DNA of 64,000 bases from Planctomycetota bacterium (GTDB lineage: Bacteria > Planctomycetota > UBA8108 > SXIK01), in assembly GCA_965223845.1 (NCBI GenBank), contig CBDCXR010000004.1, positions 4,352,001 through 4,416,000 of the forward strand, written 5' to 3'. Shown one piece after another: positions 48,076 through 57,568 of this stretch (position 1 is its first letter; each line of letters begins with the position of its first letter). The notes under the pieces were generated by a model. That model was not told where the DNA came from, did no database searches, and worked only from the letters and a program-made list of their open reading frames with translations. The position numbers and the translations under genes were made by a program.

Positions 48076-49386
48076 ATGCGCCGAGCCGTGATCCCTCTAC
48101 TCATTCTCTTTCCCCTCCAGGACTTCTCCGCCGGCGAGACGCAGTCGACGTCGCGGGACGAGTCCCTCCAGCGAATCGAAGACGCCCTCGCCGAGGACGA
48201 GGGCCTCGATCCTAAGACGAAGAAAGCTCTCGAAGATCTAGTGGACGTACTCCGGGCCGACGGCGAGCGAGCAACGGGCCGAGTCTCGGGGGACGAGCCA
48301 CCCGAGGAGGCTTCGCTCTGGGAGAAGTTCATCGACGCGTTCACGCTCTACGGCGATGCTCGTTTTCGCTACGAGTCGAGTTTCGAGCTCGACGACAAGG
48401 CGGACCGCCACCGCGCAAGGCTTCGTTTGCGTCTCGGGGCCACCTATCGGCTTCTCGACGAAGTCGCCATCGGCGCGAGACTCGTCACCGGAGATCGAGA
48501 GGATCCCAATTCTCCGCATGTCACTCTCGGAGACGGCCTCAAGAACCTCGAAATCAGCCTCGACCGGGCGTTCATCAACTACCGGCCGTCTCGACTCGAA
48601 GGTGCATACCTAACCGGGGGCAAGTTCGGACACCCGTTCTACGCGAACCCCGTCTACGGCGAGCTGGTGTGGGATGCCGACGTTCAGCCCGAGGGAATCG
48701 TCGCGGGATACTCACTCCCGGAGCTCGGTCCGATGGCAAGCCTCCGCTTCACCGCCGGCGGGTACATCCTCGAGGAACGATCCTCGGTGTCCGATTCGTT
48801 CCTGCCGGTCGTCCAAGCGGCCGGGCGGTTCGAGGTCTCAGGCGACGTCAGCGCCACTGCGGCCGTCGGATACTACTGGTACACAAACGTCGACACTTCG
48901 CTCCTCGTCGAGGACAACGCCGGCAACGGAGTGGTGGATACGGACGGCGACGGATCTCCGGACGAGTACGATTCGGAGTTCGGGATCCTGAATCCCATCC
49001 TCGCCTTCACCTACAGCGGCTGGGACTTGCCCGTGACGCTCTCCGCGGAGTACGTCCTCAACACGGAAACCGGGGCCGAGGACAACGAAGGTTGGGCGGC
49101 CGGCATGGCCGTGGGAAGCACGAGAGCGAAAGGGGACTGGCGGTTCTACTACCAGTTTCAGGTGATCGAACAGGATGCCGTCTTCTCCGCGTTCGCGCAG
49201 GACGACTTCTTGTTTGCGACCAACCACCGGAGTCACCTCTTCGGCATCAACTACCAATTCGTGGACGAAATCGGGATCCACGTGTGGGGCCTGGTCTCGC
49301 AGCGCGACGAGACGTTCTCGAGCGCGACCGCCGACAGCGACAAGGGGCAGTGGCGAGTGCGCGCGGACTTGAACATCCGCCTGTAA
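48076..49386 (+). CDS. Putative porin (outer-membrane beta-barrel)
   Basis: YGDARFRYE, RARLRLRLG, LDRAFI, LVWDADVQPEG; ends with amphipathic strand VRADLNIRL. Confidence 0.8.
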   Translation: MRRAVIPLLILFPLQDFSAGETQSTSRDESLQRIEDALAEDEGLDPKTKKALEDLVDVLRADGERATGRVSGDEPPEEASLWEKFIDAFTLYGDARFRYESSFELDDKADRHRARLRLRLGATYRLLDEVAIGARLVTGDREDPNSPHVTLGDGLKNLEISLDRAFINYRPSRLEGAYLTGGKFGHPFYANPVYGELVWDADVQPEGIVAGYSLPELGPMASLRFTAGGYILEERSSVSDSFLPVVQAAGRFEVSGDVSATAAVGYYWYTNVDTSLLVEDNAGNGVVDTDGDGSPDEYDSEFGILNPILAFTYSGWDLPVTLSAEYVLNTETGAEDNEGWAAGMAVGSTRAKGDWRFYYQFQVIEQDAVFSAFAQDDFLFATNHRSHLFGINYQFVDEIGIHVWGLVSQRDETFSSATADSDKGQWRVRADLNIRL

Positions 49387-49582
49387 CGCGGCGAGCGGCT
49401 GCCGGTGGGTGTGCGCGCGAATCGAGCGGATCGACGCGACGCGCCATGGCGTCGCTCATCGTCAATCGACGCACGCTACCCAAAGCTCGATCCGTGTAGC
49501 TCGAGACGATCTACGAGCGGACAGGTACGGCTGCAGATCCTCGCCGCGCCGACGGCGGCTCACCTGTTCTTCGACGTCGGGC

Positions 49583-49774
49583 CTAGCCCGGACTTCTCAC
49601 CGGATTCTACTGCGCCACCACAAGACGCGAATCGAGCATCGGATGCGTCGCCACCCCGATCCTCACTGTGCCGGAAGCACACCTCCGGTCGGTGCGGCGC
49701 CACCGCCTTGTCAATTCAAGCCTTGTGGCGACTCGCCGCTTCGCTCACCGAATCCGGTGAGAAGAGCGGACTAG
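49583..49774. mobile_element. MITE-like element, 192 bp, with CTAG ends and 25-bp terminal inverted repeats
   Basis: Left CTAGCCCGGACTTCTCACCGGATTC versus reverse complement of right CTAGTCCGCTCTTCTCACCGGATTC (22/25 identical); no transposase. Confidence 0.65.
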
Positions 49775-51445
49775 AGACTGCGCCCAGGCAACGAATTTCG
49801 GCTCGAACTTCTCGAGCGGCTCCACATGCTTCTCGAACTCGGCAACCCCTCCCTTCCCGGTCGAAACGAGCTCTTCGAGGTACGCATGGAACGGCCGACG
49901 ATAGCGCTCATTTTGCTCGTCCTCGAGAAACCGAAAGAGCGCCCAACTCTGCGATCGCCGCGCGACCGAGTCTTCCGCGCGGCCCGGTTCGACGAGCCGG
50001 TCGAGCGGGATCAACTTGTCGCGACGCGCCTGAAGTCGCACGAAGCTCGCGAGTCGCGAGAGCTTCGTCTCGTGGCACTCCCCGAGAGTGATCTCCTTCG
50101 TTCGCGAATGGACGGAGTTCCCGACGTAGTACGCAATCGCCTCCTGGACCCACCGACCGCTGCGTGCGGAGTAGAGGCTCGCCGCGAGCCCGTGAGTCAC
50201 TTCATGCGCGACAGTCTGGTAGAGGTAGTCCTTCGTGAGGCCCTTCCGATACGTGCACGCCGCGCCGGCGTAGGGATTGTAGTGAGGAAGGAGGTGCTTT
50301 CCGTACTCGAGCTTCATGCCGAGTGTGCCGAGAAAAGCCGCGTATTCCTCCTTCGTGTCGAAGAAGTAGATCTTCATCCGCCCGGGCATCACGAGACCAG
50401 CATCCCAAAAGCGACCGGCGAACTTGTCGTACACTTTCTCCGCCAGATCGAGGAGCTCGCGCGAGAGTTTTTCGTTGCTCGTCGTGAAGAGGACAAAGTG
50501 CGGCGACTCGATCCTCTCGTCGTAATCGAAACGAGCCTCGAGCTTTCGCTTGGCCTGTTTTTCCTGAAGCGCCGACTCGCGAGCGCGGTGCCGGATCCAC
50601 TTGTAGAGGTCTCGATCGAGGTCGGCGAGATCCGAGTATCCGTAGACGCTCGCAAGCGATTCGCGTACGGGCCGCTCGACTTCCTTCTCTGTGGACACGA
50701 CGACCTTCCGGCCGCGCCCGACGGACTTTTTTAGTCGCGCGAGTCGGTTCTCGAATCTCCGGCGGACTTCCCCGCCGAATTCGTAAAAGCGCGCGAGGCC
50801 GCCGCGAGCCCGAATCAGAAACTCGAGCGCCATGCGGGATTGAAGGTAGAACTGGTCGGTCGGCATGCCGGTCTCGGCGAGAGAATGGATCGCGACGAGC
50901 CGATCCATCGGCAGGAAGGATTGCTTCCGAACCGAGCGCCGGGCAGCGGCATAGGAACGCGCCTTCGCGCGGAGATAGCCTCCGCTCGCGAGACCCTCCT
51001 GAATCCAGATCGGCATCGACGGCAGGTAGGCGTGCACGACGAGATGGACGATTTCGTGCTCGAGCGCGCCGAGAATCGCGACTTCGTACGAGCATATCTC
51101 AGTGGTCGAGGTGCACTGAGCGACGGCGAAACGCGAGCTCGCATCACCGTTGGCGAGAAACTCCTCACGATCGCGATAGACGCGCACGTGAAACTTTTTG
51201 AGCCGCGGCCGCTTCCAATCACGAGGCGCGATCCGCTCGGTGATGCGAGCCAGATGCTCTTCGGCGGACTCAGCAACGCGAGCGGCGAGCTCGTCGTTTC
51301 GGTGATGAACTCGAAAGTGTTTCGACCGGTGGATGCGCAGTGCCGGCGATTCCTCGGCACGCTCGTCCGTCCGAGCGGGTGCTCGAGCGACGAACACGAT
51401 CGCGACGGCGATGCTCGTGAGAACTGCGCGGCGGACGAGATTCAT
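49745..51445 (-). CDS. Secreted protein with two zincin (peptidase MA/DUF1570-like) domains
   Basis: LEHEIVHL...WIQEGLA and VAHEVTHGL...WVQEAIA; GGAGG RBS before ATG at 51445. Confidence 0.75.
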   Translation of the reverse strand: MNLVRRAVLTSIAVAIVFVARAPARTDERAEESPALRIHRSKHFRVHHRNDELAARVAESAEEHLARITERIAPRDWKRPRLKKFHVRVYRDREEFLANGDASSRFAVAQCTSTTEICSYEVAILGALEHEIVHLVVHAYLPSMPIWIQEGLASGGYLRAKARSYAAARRSVRKQSFLPMDRLVAIHSLAETGMPTDQFYLQSRMALEFLIRARGGLARFYEFGGEVRRRFENRLARLKKSVGRGRKVVVSTEKEVERPVRESLASVYGYSDLADLDRDLYKWIRHRARESALQEKQAKRKLEARFDYDERIESPHFVLFTTSNEKLSRELLDLAEKVYDKFAGRFWDAGLVMPGRMKIYFFDTKEEYAAFLGTLGMKLEYGKHLLPHYNPYAGAACTYRKGLTKDYLYQTVAHEVTHGLAASLYSARSGRWVQEAIAYYVGNSVHSRTKEITLGECHETKLSRLASFVRLQARRDKLIPLDRLVEPGRAEDSVARRSQSWALFRFLEDEQNERYRRPFHAYLEELVSTGKGGVAEFEKHVEPLEKFEPKFVAWAQSLVRSSHRIR

Positions 51446-52054
51446 GCCTCCAGCATCGAGGGCACGTGTCACTGTCCGGTCATCGACTCTCGCCACGCGT
51501 CGAGAAAGAACCGCACCACCATGACGTACCAGGACGCCACTCAACGAGTGCTCGATAGCGATTTAGACTCTGCCCCCGAGTCCGATCGAAACCCTCTTCG
51601 ACTAGGTCGATGCGAACTCGGCCGCCGCGGTATCTAGCGGCGAGATCGTCGCGATCGATCGTGCGCGCAGCACCGCAACCGCTGCCGGCGCGTATCCGCT
51701 ACGAGTCGCGTCGGCCTCACGAGTCGAGGCGCGCGTCGCCAACAAGCAGCGCCTCGTCGTAAAACATGAGTTCCCTCCGCAAGGCGATCTTGCGGGACCG
51801 CCTTAGTGGCATACTCGCACTCTAACGAGACCTGGATCGAGAAAACCCGCTCCACCCCGCAGTTGGACTCGTGGTAGTTTGGGACATTCTACGGAATGGA
51901 CGCGTCGATCGTAGCCGTACGGCGAGTGAGGGATCGATAGACGCTGGCCCTAACCTAGAGCTTTCGACCAGGCCTCCCGCATCGACGGGGTCGGACGAGA
52001 GGTCTGGGCGATCACCGACGCCTAGTGTCTCCACCCCGCATCGGTTATCGGAGC

Positions 52055-54529
52055 ATGCGTTACGTGTCTCACCATCGGCGGGCGTCTCTCGCCGCCGGAA
52101 CGATCCTCTTCATCTCGCTCGGTGCCTGTTCGCGGACGGACTACCGCACCGACGCAGATCGCGAGGCGTACGAAGTCATCGCCGAACGGAACGATGACCC
52201 GCGCTGGGCCATCCGCGATTACAGCATCGAGATCGACCCGCGGAGTCGTTTCTTCGATCCGTACGACCTCGACCATCCGCCGATGCCCCCCGACGATCCG
52301 GCGTCGGGGCGGTACATGCAAATCGCGCACGGAATCGACGGTTGGCCGCACTGGGAGAAGAACGGGATCCGCGACGCGATCGAGAACCCGAGCTGGCGAG
52401 ACTCGATCGCCGATTACGCTGAGGTCGGCGAAGACGGCGCGATCACACTCGACGTCGAGACGGCGCTCAAGCTCGCCTACCTCCACTCGCCGTTCCATCA
52501 ACGTCAACTCGAGACGCTCTACGTCTCCGCGCTCGACGTCACGCGCGAGCGTTACCGTCTCGATACTCAGTTCTTCGGCGGTTACGACGCCGAGTACACG
52601 AACACGAAAGACGACGACATTCTCGCTACCGGAGAGAAGGGCCCGACGGTCGAAGCGGCAAAGCTGTTCGCGGCGGGCGGAGAGCTGCTCGTCGGAATCG
52701 CGAACTCGTTCGTGTTCGATCTCAGCGGTGGCGCGGCGGATTTCTCCGCGACGATCGCGAATTTCACGTTCATTCAGCCCCTTCTCCGCGGCGCGGGCAA
52801 GGATATCGCGCTCGAGCAACTGACCCGGACCGAACGACAACTCCTCGGAAACCTGCGCTCGTATAGTCAGTTCCGCCAGGGGTTTTACACGCAGGTCGTC
52901 ATCGGCGAGCTAGGCGTCGCCGGCCCGCAGCGATTCGGGCCCGGCGTCGGCGTCGAATTCTCTCGGGGCGACGAGGGGGTCGGCGGCTACTTGGGCCTCG
53001 TTCAGCAACTCCAGCGTGTTCGCAACACCGAAGACAATCTCGACCTTCAACTGCGCACGCTCGAGCAGCTCGAAGCGAATCTCGAAGCCGGACTGATCGA
53101 CCTCGTTCAAGTCGATCAGTTCAGGCAGAACATCGAGCGCGAGCGAGTGAGTCTCCTCGCCGATCGCAATCGACTTGAACAGTCGCTCGATGGGTACAAG
53201 ACGGGGACGCTCGGACTGCCGCCCGATCTGCCGATCCACCTCGACGACGAACCGGTGCGGTCGTTTCAGTTTGTCGCCCGCGAGGCGTCGGCGATTCAGG
53301 ACTCGATCGCAAAACTGCAGGCTCGAATCGGCGGATTGCCCGGCGATCCGGCGCTCGAAGCCATCACCCCGATACTCGATGACTTGACGGCACTCCTCGA
53401 TCCAGCACGGGCCCACGTCGATCGAGTCCGCGCGGACATGGACGCGATGGATGAAGCCGTTCCCTCGCGCGAGCACGCGATGGACGAGGAAGCGCGTGAA
53501 GCCTTCGAGATCGAGCGAACCGAGCTCCGTGAACGACTCGAAGGCGTCGTGGCAAAGCTCGAAGAAACCGCGAGCGCGATCACAAACTTCGCGCCGCAGC
53601 TCTCAGTCGGCACGAGGGAACTCACGATTCGCAGCGTTGTCGTTCGACTCGGCGAGCTTCTTCGCGTGGTTCAGGCGTCGGTTCTCGTCCAGGCCCGCGC
53701 GCGCCTCGAAGCGATTTCGGTCGATCCCGTCGAGCTCGAGTCGCAGGAAGCGTTTGAGATCGCGCTCGAACACCGTCTCGACTTCATGAACGCGCGCTCG
53801 GCGCTCGTCGACAGTTGGCGCGGAATTCAGCTGAGCGCCGACGCGCTGCAGTCTCGCCTCAATATGATCGCGAGCGGCGAGCTCAGGACCTCGGACGACA
53901 GCGCCGTCGATTTTCGCTCCCCGGACCATACCGTACGCCTCGGCGTCGAGTTCGACACTCCGTTCCGCCGTTTGCTCGAGCGAAACGCGTACCGCGAATC
54001 ACTGATCAGCTACCAACAGAGCCGCCGCGCGTTCATCCAATCGCGCGACGCGCTGCATCTCCGTCTCCGGGCGCTGCTCCGCGACATCGAGGAACTGCGC
54101 TCCAGTCTCGAGATTCAGCGCCGCGCCGTTGCGATAGCGATTCGCCGCGTCGATCTGACGCGCGCCGAGCTCTACGCGCCAGTGCGACCGCCACAGCCGG
54201 GACAACGACCGGCGCAGTTCGGGCCTACTGCGGCGATCAATCTGCTGTCCGCGCTCTCGTCGCTCCGCGACACGCAGAACAACTTTCTCTCCGTCTGGTT
54301 GAGCTACTATGCAGCTCGCGTCCGCCTCTACCGCGAGCTCGGAATCATGCAGCTCGACGGCGAAGGCCGTTGGATCGAGACGGAGATCCCGCCCGCCCGA
54401 CCCACCGGCGGGGCCGGCGCCCGAGTGAGATTAGCCGCCGAGTTGCCCCCACCGATTCCCTCCGCGTGGCTGGACGAGACGGACGGACGCTCGACGAACA
54501 CCGGACCGACGCGGCGAGCGAGAGAATGA
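52055..54529 (+). CDS. TolC-like outer-membrane efflux lipoprotein (extended planctomycete type)
   Basis: LGAC lipobox; LETLYVSALDV, QPLLRGAG, HRLDFMNAR, ERNAYRESLI, LYRELG. Confidence 0.8.
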   Translation: MRYVSHHRRASLAAGTILFISLGACSRTDYRTDADREAYEVIAERNDDPRWAIRDYSIEIDPRSRFFDPYDLDHPPMPPDDPASGRYMQIAHGIDGWPHWEKNGIRDAIENPSWRDSIADYAEVGEDGAITLDVETALKLAYLHSPFHQRQLETLYVSALDVTRERYRLDTQFFGGYDAEYTNTKDDDILATGEKGPTVEAAKLFAAGGELLVGIANSFVFDLSGGAADFSATIANFTFIQPLLRGAGKDIALEQLTRTERQLLGNLRSYSQFRQGFYTQVVIGELGVAGPQRFGPGVGVEFSRGDEGVGGYLGLVQQLQRVRNTEDNLDLQLRTLEQLEANLEAGLIDLVQVDQFRQNIERERVSLLADRNRLEQSLDGYKTGTLGLPPDLPIHLDDEPVRSFQFVAREASAIQDSIAKLQARIGGLPGDPALEAITPILDDLTALLDPARAHVDRVRADMDAMDEAVPSREHAMDEEAREAFEIERTELRERLEGVVAKLEETASAITNFAPQLSVGTRELTIRSVVVRLGELLRVVQASVLVQARARLEAISVDPVELESQEAFEIALEHRLDFMNARSALVDSWRGIQLSADALQSRLNMIASGELRTSDDSAVDFRSPDHTVRLGVEFDTPFRRLLERNAYRESLISYQQSRRAFIQSRDALHLRLRALLRDIEELRSSLEIQRRAVAIAIRRVDLTRAELYAPVRPPQPGQRPAQFGPTAAINLLSALSSLRDTQNNFLSVWLSYYAARVRLYRELGIMQLDGEGRWIETEIPPARPTGGAGARVRLAAELPPPIPSAWLDETDGRSTNTGPTRRARE

Positions 54530-56058
54530 GCAATCCCGAGAGTTCGAAAGCGTCTCGCAATTCCGCGGATTTCAAGACTCCGTCGCGAATCCACGCGGAC
54601 GGAAACAACCGCGGGAGCGGAAACGCGACGCCCGGAAGCCGCTGGGTGGTTAGAGCCGCCATCGCAGTAGTGCTCGTTAGCGTGGCCGCGGGAGCCGTCG
54701 TACTCGTCGAGCGTGCGTTCAGGTCCGACGAGACCGCCGCGGCGATGACCCACACGATCGCACGCGGAAATCTCATCGTCTCCGTCACGGAACGCGGCAC
54801 GCTCGAGAGCTCGAACAACACCGAGATCAAGTGCAAAGTCCGTGGGTTCAGCACCGTGACATGGGTCGTCGACAGCGGCTCGATCGTCGCCCCTGGCGAC
54901 GAACTCGTCCGCCTCGACACGCGTGTCATCGAAGAGACGGTCAGCTTAACGAAGACGAACGTCGATCTCGCGCGGGCGAAGCTCGAGCGTTCAAAGGCGA
55001 ACTACGCGCGAGCGAAGATCGCGATCGACGCCTACCTGAAGGGGCAGTTTCGCTCGGAGTTGAAAACGCTCGAAAAGGACCGGGTGATCGCCGAGTCGAA
55101 CCTGCTCACTGCGGGCAAAATGCTCCGGCAATCCCAGTCCCTCTTTCGGCGCGGCTACGTCACCGATCTCGAGGTCAAAGGGCACACGTTCACGGTCAAG
55201 CAGGCGGAACTCGAGCTCAAGGTCAAGGAGACGCAGATCGACGTCCTCGAGCGGTTCACGAAAAAGATGCAACTCGAAGGACTCGAGGGAACTCTGCGTG
55301 CCGCCAAGTCGAAAATGGCCGCGGACACCGCCGAATTGGCGATGACGACCAAGCAGCGAAGCCGAGCGCTCGAAGAGCTCGATGCCTGTGTCGTGAAAGC
55401 TGAGCGCGGTGGGCTCGTCATCTATCCGTCGGCCGCGGAATGGAAAGATACGCCGGACGTCACCGAGGGCGCGACGGTTCGGAAGGACCAAGTGCTACTC
55501 CTCATGCCGGACCTCTCGAAGATGCAGGTCAAGATCGGAGTTCACGAGTCCATCGTCGACCGCGTCAAAGAAGGACTGCCGGTTCGGATCACGCTGCCAG
55601 ACCGGACTCTCGACGCGAAAGTAACGACGGTGTCCACGGTCGCGAGTGCAGCGGGATGGTGGACGGGTAATGTCGTCAAGTACGACGTCATCATCGAGCT
55701 CCCTGCAGTCGCCGGCTTGAAGCCGGGAATGAGCGCCGAAGTGGAAGTCGTGATCGCGCGCTACGACGACGTGATCGCGGTTCCGGTCGCCGCCGTCGTC
55801 GCAACGGAAGACGGCGACTTCGTCTGGGTGAAGACGACAACCGGGCCGGAGCGGCGCCGACTGCAGCTCGGGGATACGAACGACCGGTTCATCGTCGTCG
55901 AGGGAGGACTCGCGCTCGGGGACGATGTGTTCCTCAATCCGCTCGCCTTCATCGCCGAAGCGCAGCACGACGCGTTGAGATCGAAGCGCGAGCGTTCCCG
56001 CGGTACCGAGAACAAACTCGGCGCCGCGAATGTATCGGAGCCCCCGCCCGGTGACTGA
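54526..56058 (+). CDS. Efflux periplasmic adaptor (MFP/HlyD-MacA family), copy 1
   Basis: TM anchor, GTLESSNN, GDELVRLD, LKPGMSAEVE; ATGA overlap with the tolC-like gene. Confidence 0.88.
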   Translation: MSNPESSKASRNSADFKTPSRIHADGNNRGSGNATPGSRWVVRAAIAVVLVSVAAGAVVLVERAFRSDETAAAMTHTIARGNLIVSVTERGTLESSNNTEIKCKVRGFSTVTWVVDSGSIVAPGDELVRLDTRVIEETVSLTKTNVDLARAKLERSKANYARAKIAIDAYLKGQFRSELKTLEKDRVIAESNLLTAGKMLRQSQSLFRRGYVTDLEVKGHTFTVKQAELELKVKETQIDVLERFTKKMQLEGLEGTLRAAKSKMAADTAELAMTTKQRSRALEELDACVVKAERGGLVIYPSAAEWKDTPDVTEGATVRKDQVLLLMPDLSKMQVKIGVHESIVDRVKEGLPVRITLPDRTLDAKVTTVSTVASAAGWWTGNVVKYDVIIELPAVAGLKPGMSAEVEVVIARYDDVIAVPVAAVVATEDGDFVWVKTTTGPERRRLQLGDTNDRFIVVEGGLALGDDVFLNPLAFIAEAQHDALRSKRERSRGTENKLGAANVSEPPPGD

Positions 56059-57568
56059 GGTGACGAACGAGCGAGCAGACGCCCGAAAGCCGTCCCGCGA
56101 GGAGCGATCGACGGGTCGCCGTTGGTGGATTGTCGCCGTTCTCGCTCTCGGCGGCGTCGCTGGGGTCATCGTCGCGCTTTCGGGCCGCTCGGACGCGCCG
56201 CCGACCATCGATCCCCGCACGGCTCTCACTCACCCGATCACTCGCGGCGACCTTCTCGTCACGATCACGGAACAGGGCACTCTCGAGAGCTCCGACAATA
56301 CGGAGATCAAGTGCAAGGTGCGCGGACAGAACACGGTCACCTGGGTGATCGAAAGCGGATCGATCGTCGAGCCGGGCGACGAGCTCGTTCGACTCGATAC
56401 GCTCTTTATCGAAGAGCAGATCAACGAACGTTCGAAATACGCGCACTGGTCGAGATCGGGCGCCGAGCACTGGAAAGCGAATGTCGCCCGCGCCGAGCTC
56501 GCGATTCCGGAGTACCTCGAAGGTCGCTACGTCACACAGATGATGACGCTCGAAAAAGACCTGGCGATCGCGAAGTCCAATCTGACGACCGCGCGCAACA
56601 TGCTCGATCACGCCCGGATGATGCACGAGCGCGGCTACCGGAGCGCGATCGATGTCGAGGAGAGAGAGTTCGCCGTCAAGCAAGCGGAGCTCGACGTTTC
56701 GGTTAAGGAGACCGAGATTTCCGTCCTTCGGGACTACACGAAAGCTATGGAGCTCGAAACGCTGCGCGGCAACTTGAACTCCGCGCGGGCAGAGTTCTCC
56801 GCGAGCGACGAGCGAGCCGAAGCGGACGCCGCACGCCGGGACCGCGCGCTCGAGGAACTCAAGCACTGCGTCGTCCGGGCGAAGCGGGGAGGGATGGTGA
56901 TCTATCCCTCCGCTGCCGCCTGGGAGCGGACGCCCGACATCGAGGAAGGAGCGACCGTGCACAAAGATCAGGTGCTCCTTCTCATGCCCGATCTGTCGAA
57001 GATGCAGGTTCGACTCGGCGTCCACGAGTCGATCGTCGATCGCGTGAGACCGGGTTTGCGCGCGAGGGTGGCTCTCCCGGATCGAATTCTCGATGCGGAG
57101 GTCTCCACCGTGTCGTCGATCGCACGCCCGGCGGGTTGGTGGACCGGAAACGCGGTCAAGTACGACACGATCGTGCAGCTCCCTTCGATCGACGGACTGA
57201 AGCCGGGAATGAGCGCCGAAGTCGAGATCGTCCTCGCGACTTACGACGACGTGCTCACGATTCCGGTCGCCGCGGTGCTCGAAACTGCGGACGGCGAATT
57301 CTGTTGGGTTCGGTCCGACGAGATCACGGAGAAACGGCCGCTCCGGCTCGGCGACACCAACGACATGTTCGTCGTCGTCGAGGGCGGCCTCGCGGAAGGC
57401 GAAGAAGTCGTGCTCAACCCGCTCGCATTCGTTCCGGAAGCGCAGGCGGCCGCGCTCGAGCCGCTTGGGGATGAGTCTCCCGACGACTCGTCCGAGCTCG
57501 CGCCCACCGATGCGAAGTCCGGCCGTGCTGCTTCCGCCCGCTCGGACCGACCGGACCGCGCGCCGTGA
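56051..57568 (+). CDS. Efflux periplasmic adaptor (MFP/HlyD-MacA family), copy 2
   Basis: Close paralogue of the preceding gene (GTLESSDNTEIKCKVRG, LMPDLSKMQV, GWWTGN, LKPGMSAEVE). Confidence 0.88.
   Translation: MTEVTNERADARKPSREERSTGRRWWIVAVLALGGVAGVIVALSGRSDAPPTIDPRTALTHPITRGDLLVTITEQGTLESSDNTEIKCKVRGQNTVTWVIESGSIVEPGDELVRLDTLFIEEQINERSKYAHWSRSGAEHWKANVARAELAIPEYLEGRYVTQMMTLEKDLAIAKSNLTTARNMLDHARMMHERGYRSAIDVEEREFAVKQAELDVSVKETEISVLRDYTKAMELETLRGNLNSARAEFSASDERAEADAARRDRALEELKHCVVRAKRGGMVIYPSAAAWERTPDIEEGATVHKDQVLLLMPDLSKMQVRLGVHESIVDRVRPGLRARVALPDRILDAEVSTVSSIARPAGWWTGNAVKYDTIVQLPSIDGLKPGMSAEVEIVLATYDDVLTIPVAAVLETADGEFCWVRSDEITEKRPLRLGDTNDMFVVVEGGLAEGEEVVLNPLAFVPEAQAAALEPLGDESPDDSSELAPTDAKSGRAASARSDRPDRAP

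Noticed and set aside
51446-52054. 600-bp divergent intergenic region as possible ncRNA or riboswitch
   Set aside because: No recognisable RNA motif or convincing structure by eye; an Rfam/Infernal scan would be needed.
53815-54525. N-terminal extension of the 747-aa MFP ORF
   Set aside because: Out-of-frame overlap with the tolC-like gene; ATG 54526 in an ATGA overlap is the more plausible start.
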